Shown here in pieces: positions 63,779 through 64,000 of a stretch of 64,000 bases of DNA. A program made the position numbers and the translations under genes. Source of the stretch: the human T2T-CHM13v2.0 reference genome, Homo sapiens; the NCBI RefSeq assembly GCF_009914755.1, contig NC_060934.1, one strand, 5' to 3'. The notes beneath the pieces are model-generated. The model ran no database searches. It worked only from the letters and a program-made list of their open reading frames with translations, and was not told where the DNA came from. Every line of letters starts with the position of its first letter. Positions within the stretch are counted from its first letter, which is position 1.

Positions 63779-64000
63779 TTACATTTTGGCATGATTTTGC
63801 AGTGGCTGGTACCGGTTGTTCCTTTCCATGTTTAGCGCTTCCTTCAGGAGCTCTTTTAGGGCAGTCCTGGTGGTGACAAAATCTCTCAGCATTTGCTTGT
63901 CTATAAAGTATTTTATTTCTCCTTCACTTATGAAGCTTAGTTTGGCTGGATATGAAATTCTGGGTTGAAAATTCTTTTCTTTAAGAATGTTGAATATTGG
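63779..64000 (-). CDS. LINE-1 ORF1p C-terminal 73 aa (partial; start lies outside the window)
   Basis: Manual translation PIFNILKEKNFQPRISYPAKLSFISEGEIKYFIDKQMLRDFVTTRTALKELLKEALNMERNNRYQPLQNHAKM*; YPAKLS motif intact. Confidence 0.93.
   Translation of the reverse strand, partial: PIFNILKEKNFQPRISYPAKLSFISEGEIKYFIDKQMLRDFVTTRTALKELLKEALNMERNNRYQPLQNHAKM

Overview
Human genomic DNA (it contains a human-specific L1HS-Ta element). The window is repeat-rich and intergenic or intronic, with no recognisable host protein-coding exon. The only credible coding sequence is a young L1HS-Ta LINE-1 on the minus strand at the right edge, with an uninterrupted 1275-aa ORF2 and an open ORF1 C-terminus running off the window. 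Other content: two solo LTR12 (ERV9) elements facing each other about 10 kb apart, a near full-length Tigger1 fossil, Tigger2a, MADE1, MaLR and MER21 LTRs, old L1/L2/L3/MIR fragments, about 20 Alus, and a tailless U2 snRNA retrocopy with target-site duplications (TSDs). The least-explained structure is three unrelated, old 220-400 bp direct duplications whose copies lie about 2.0-2.4 kb apart once younger insertions are subtracted. Two insertion targets were reused by successive retrotranspositions. I found no convincing novel multi-gene system. Repeat subfamily calls and identities come from memory of consensus sequences and by-eye alignment, not from a search.
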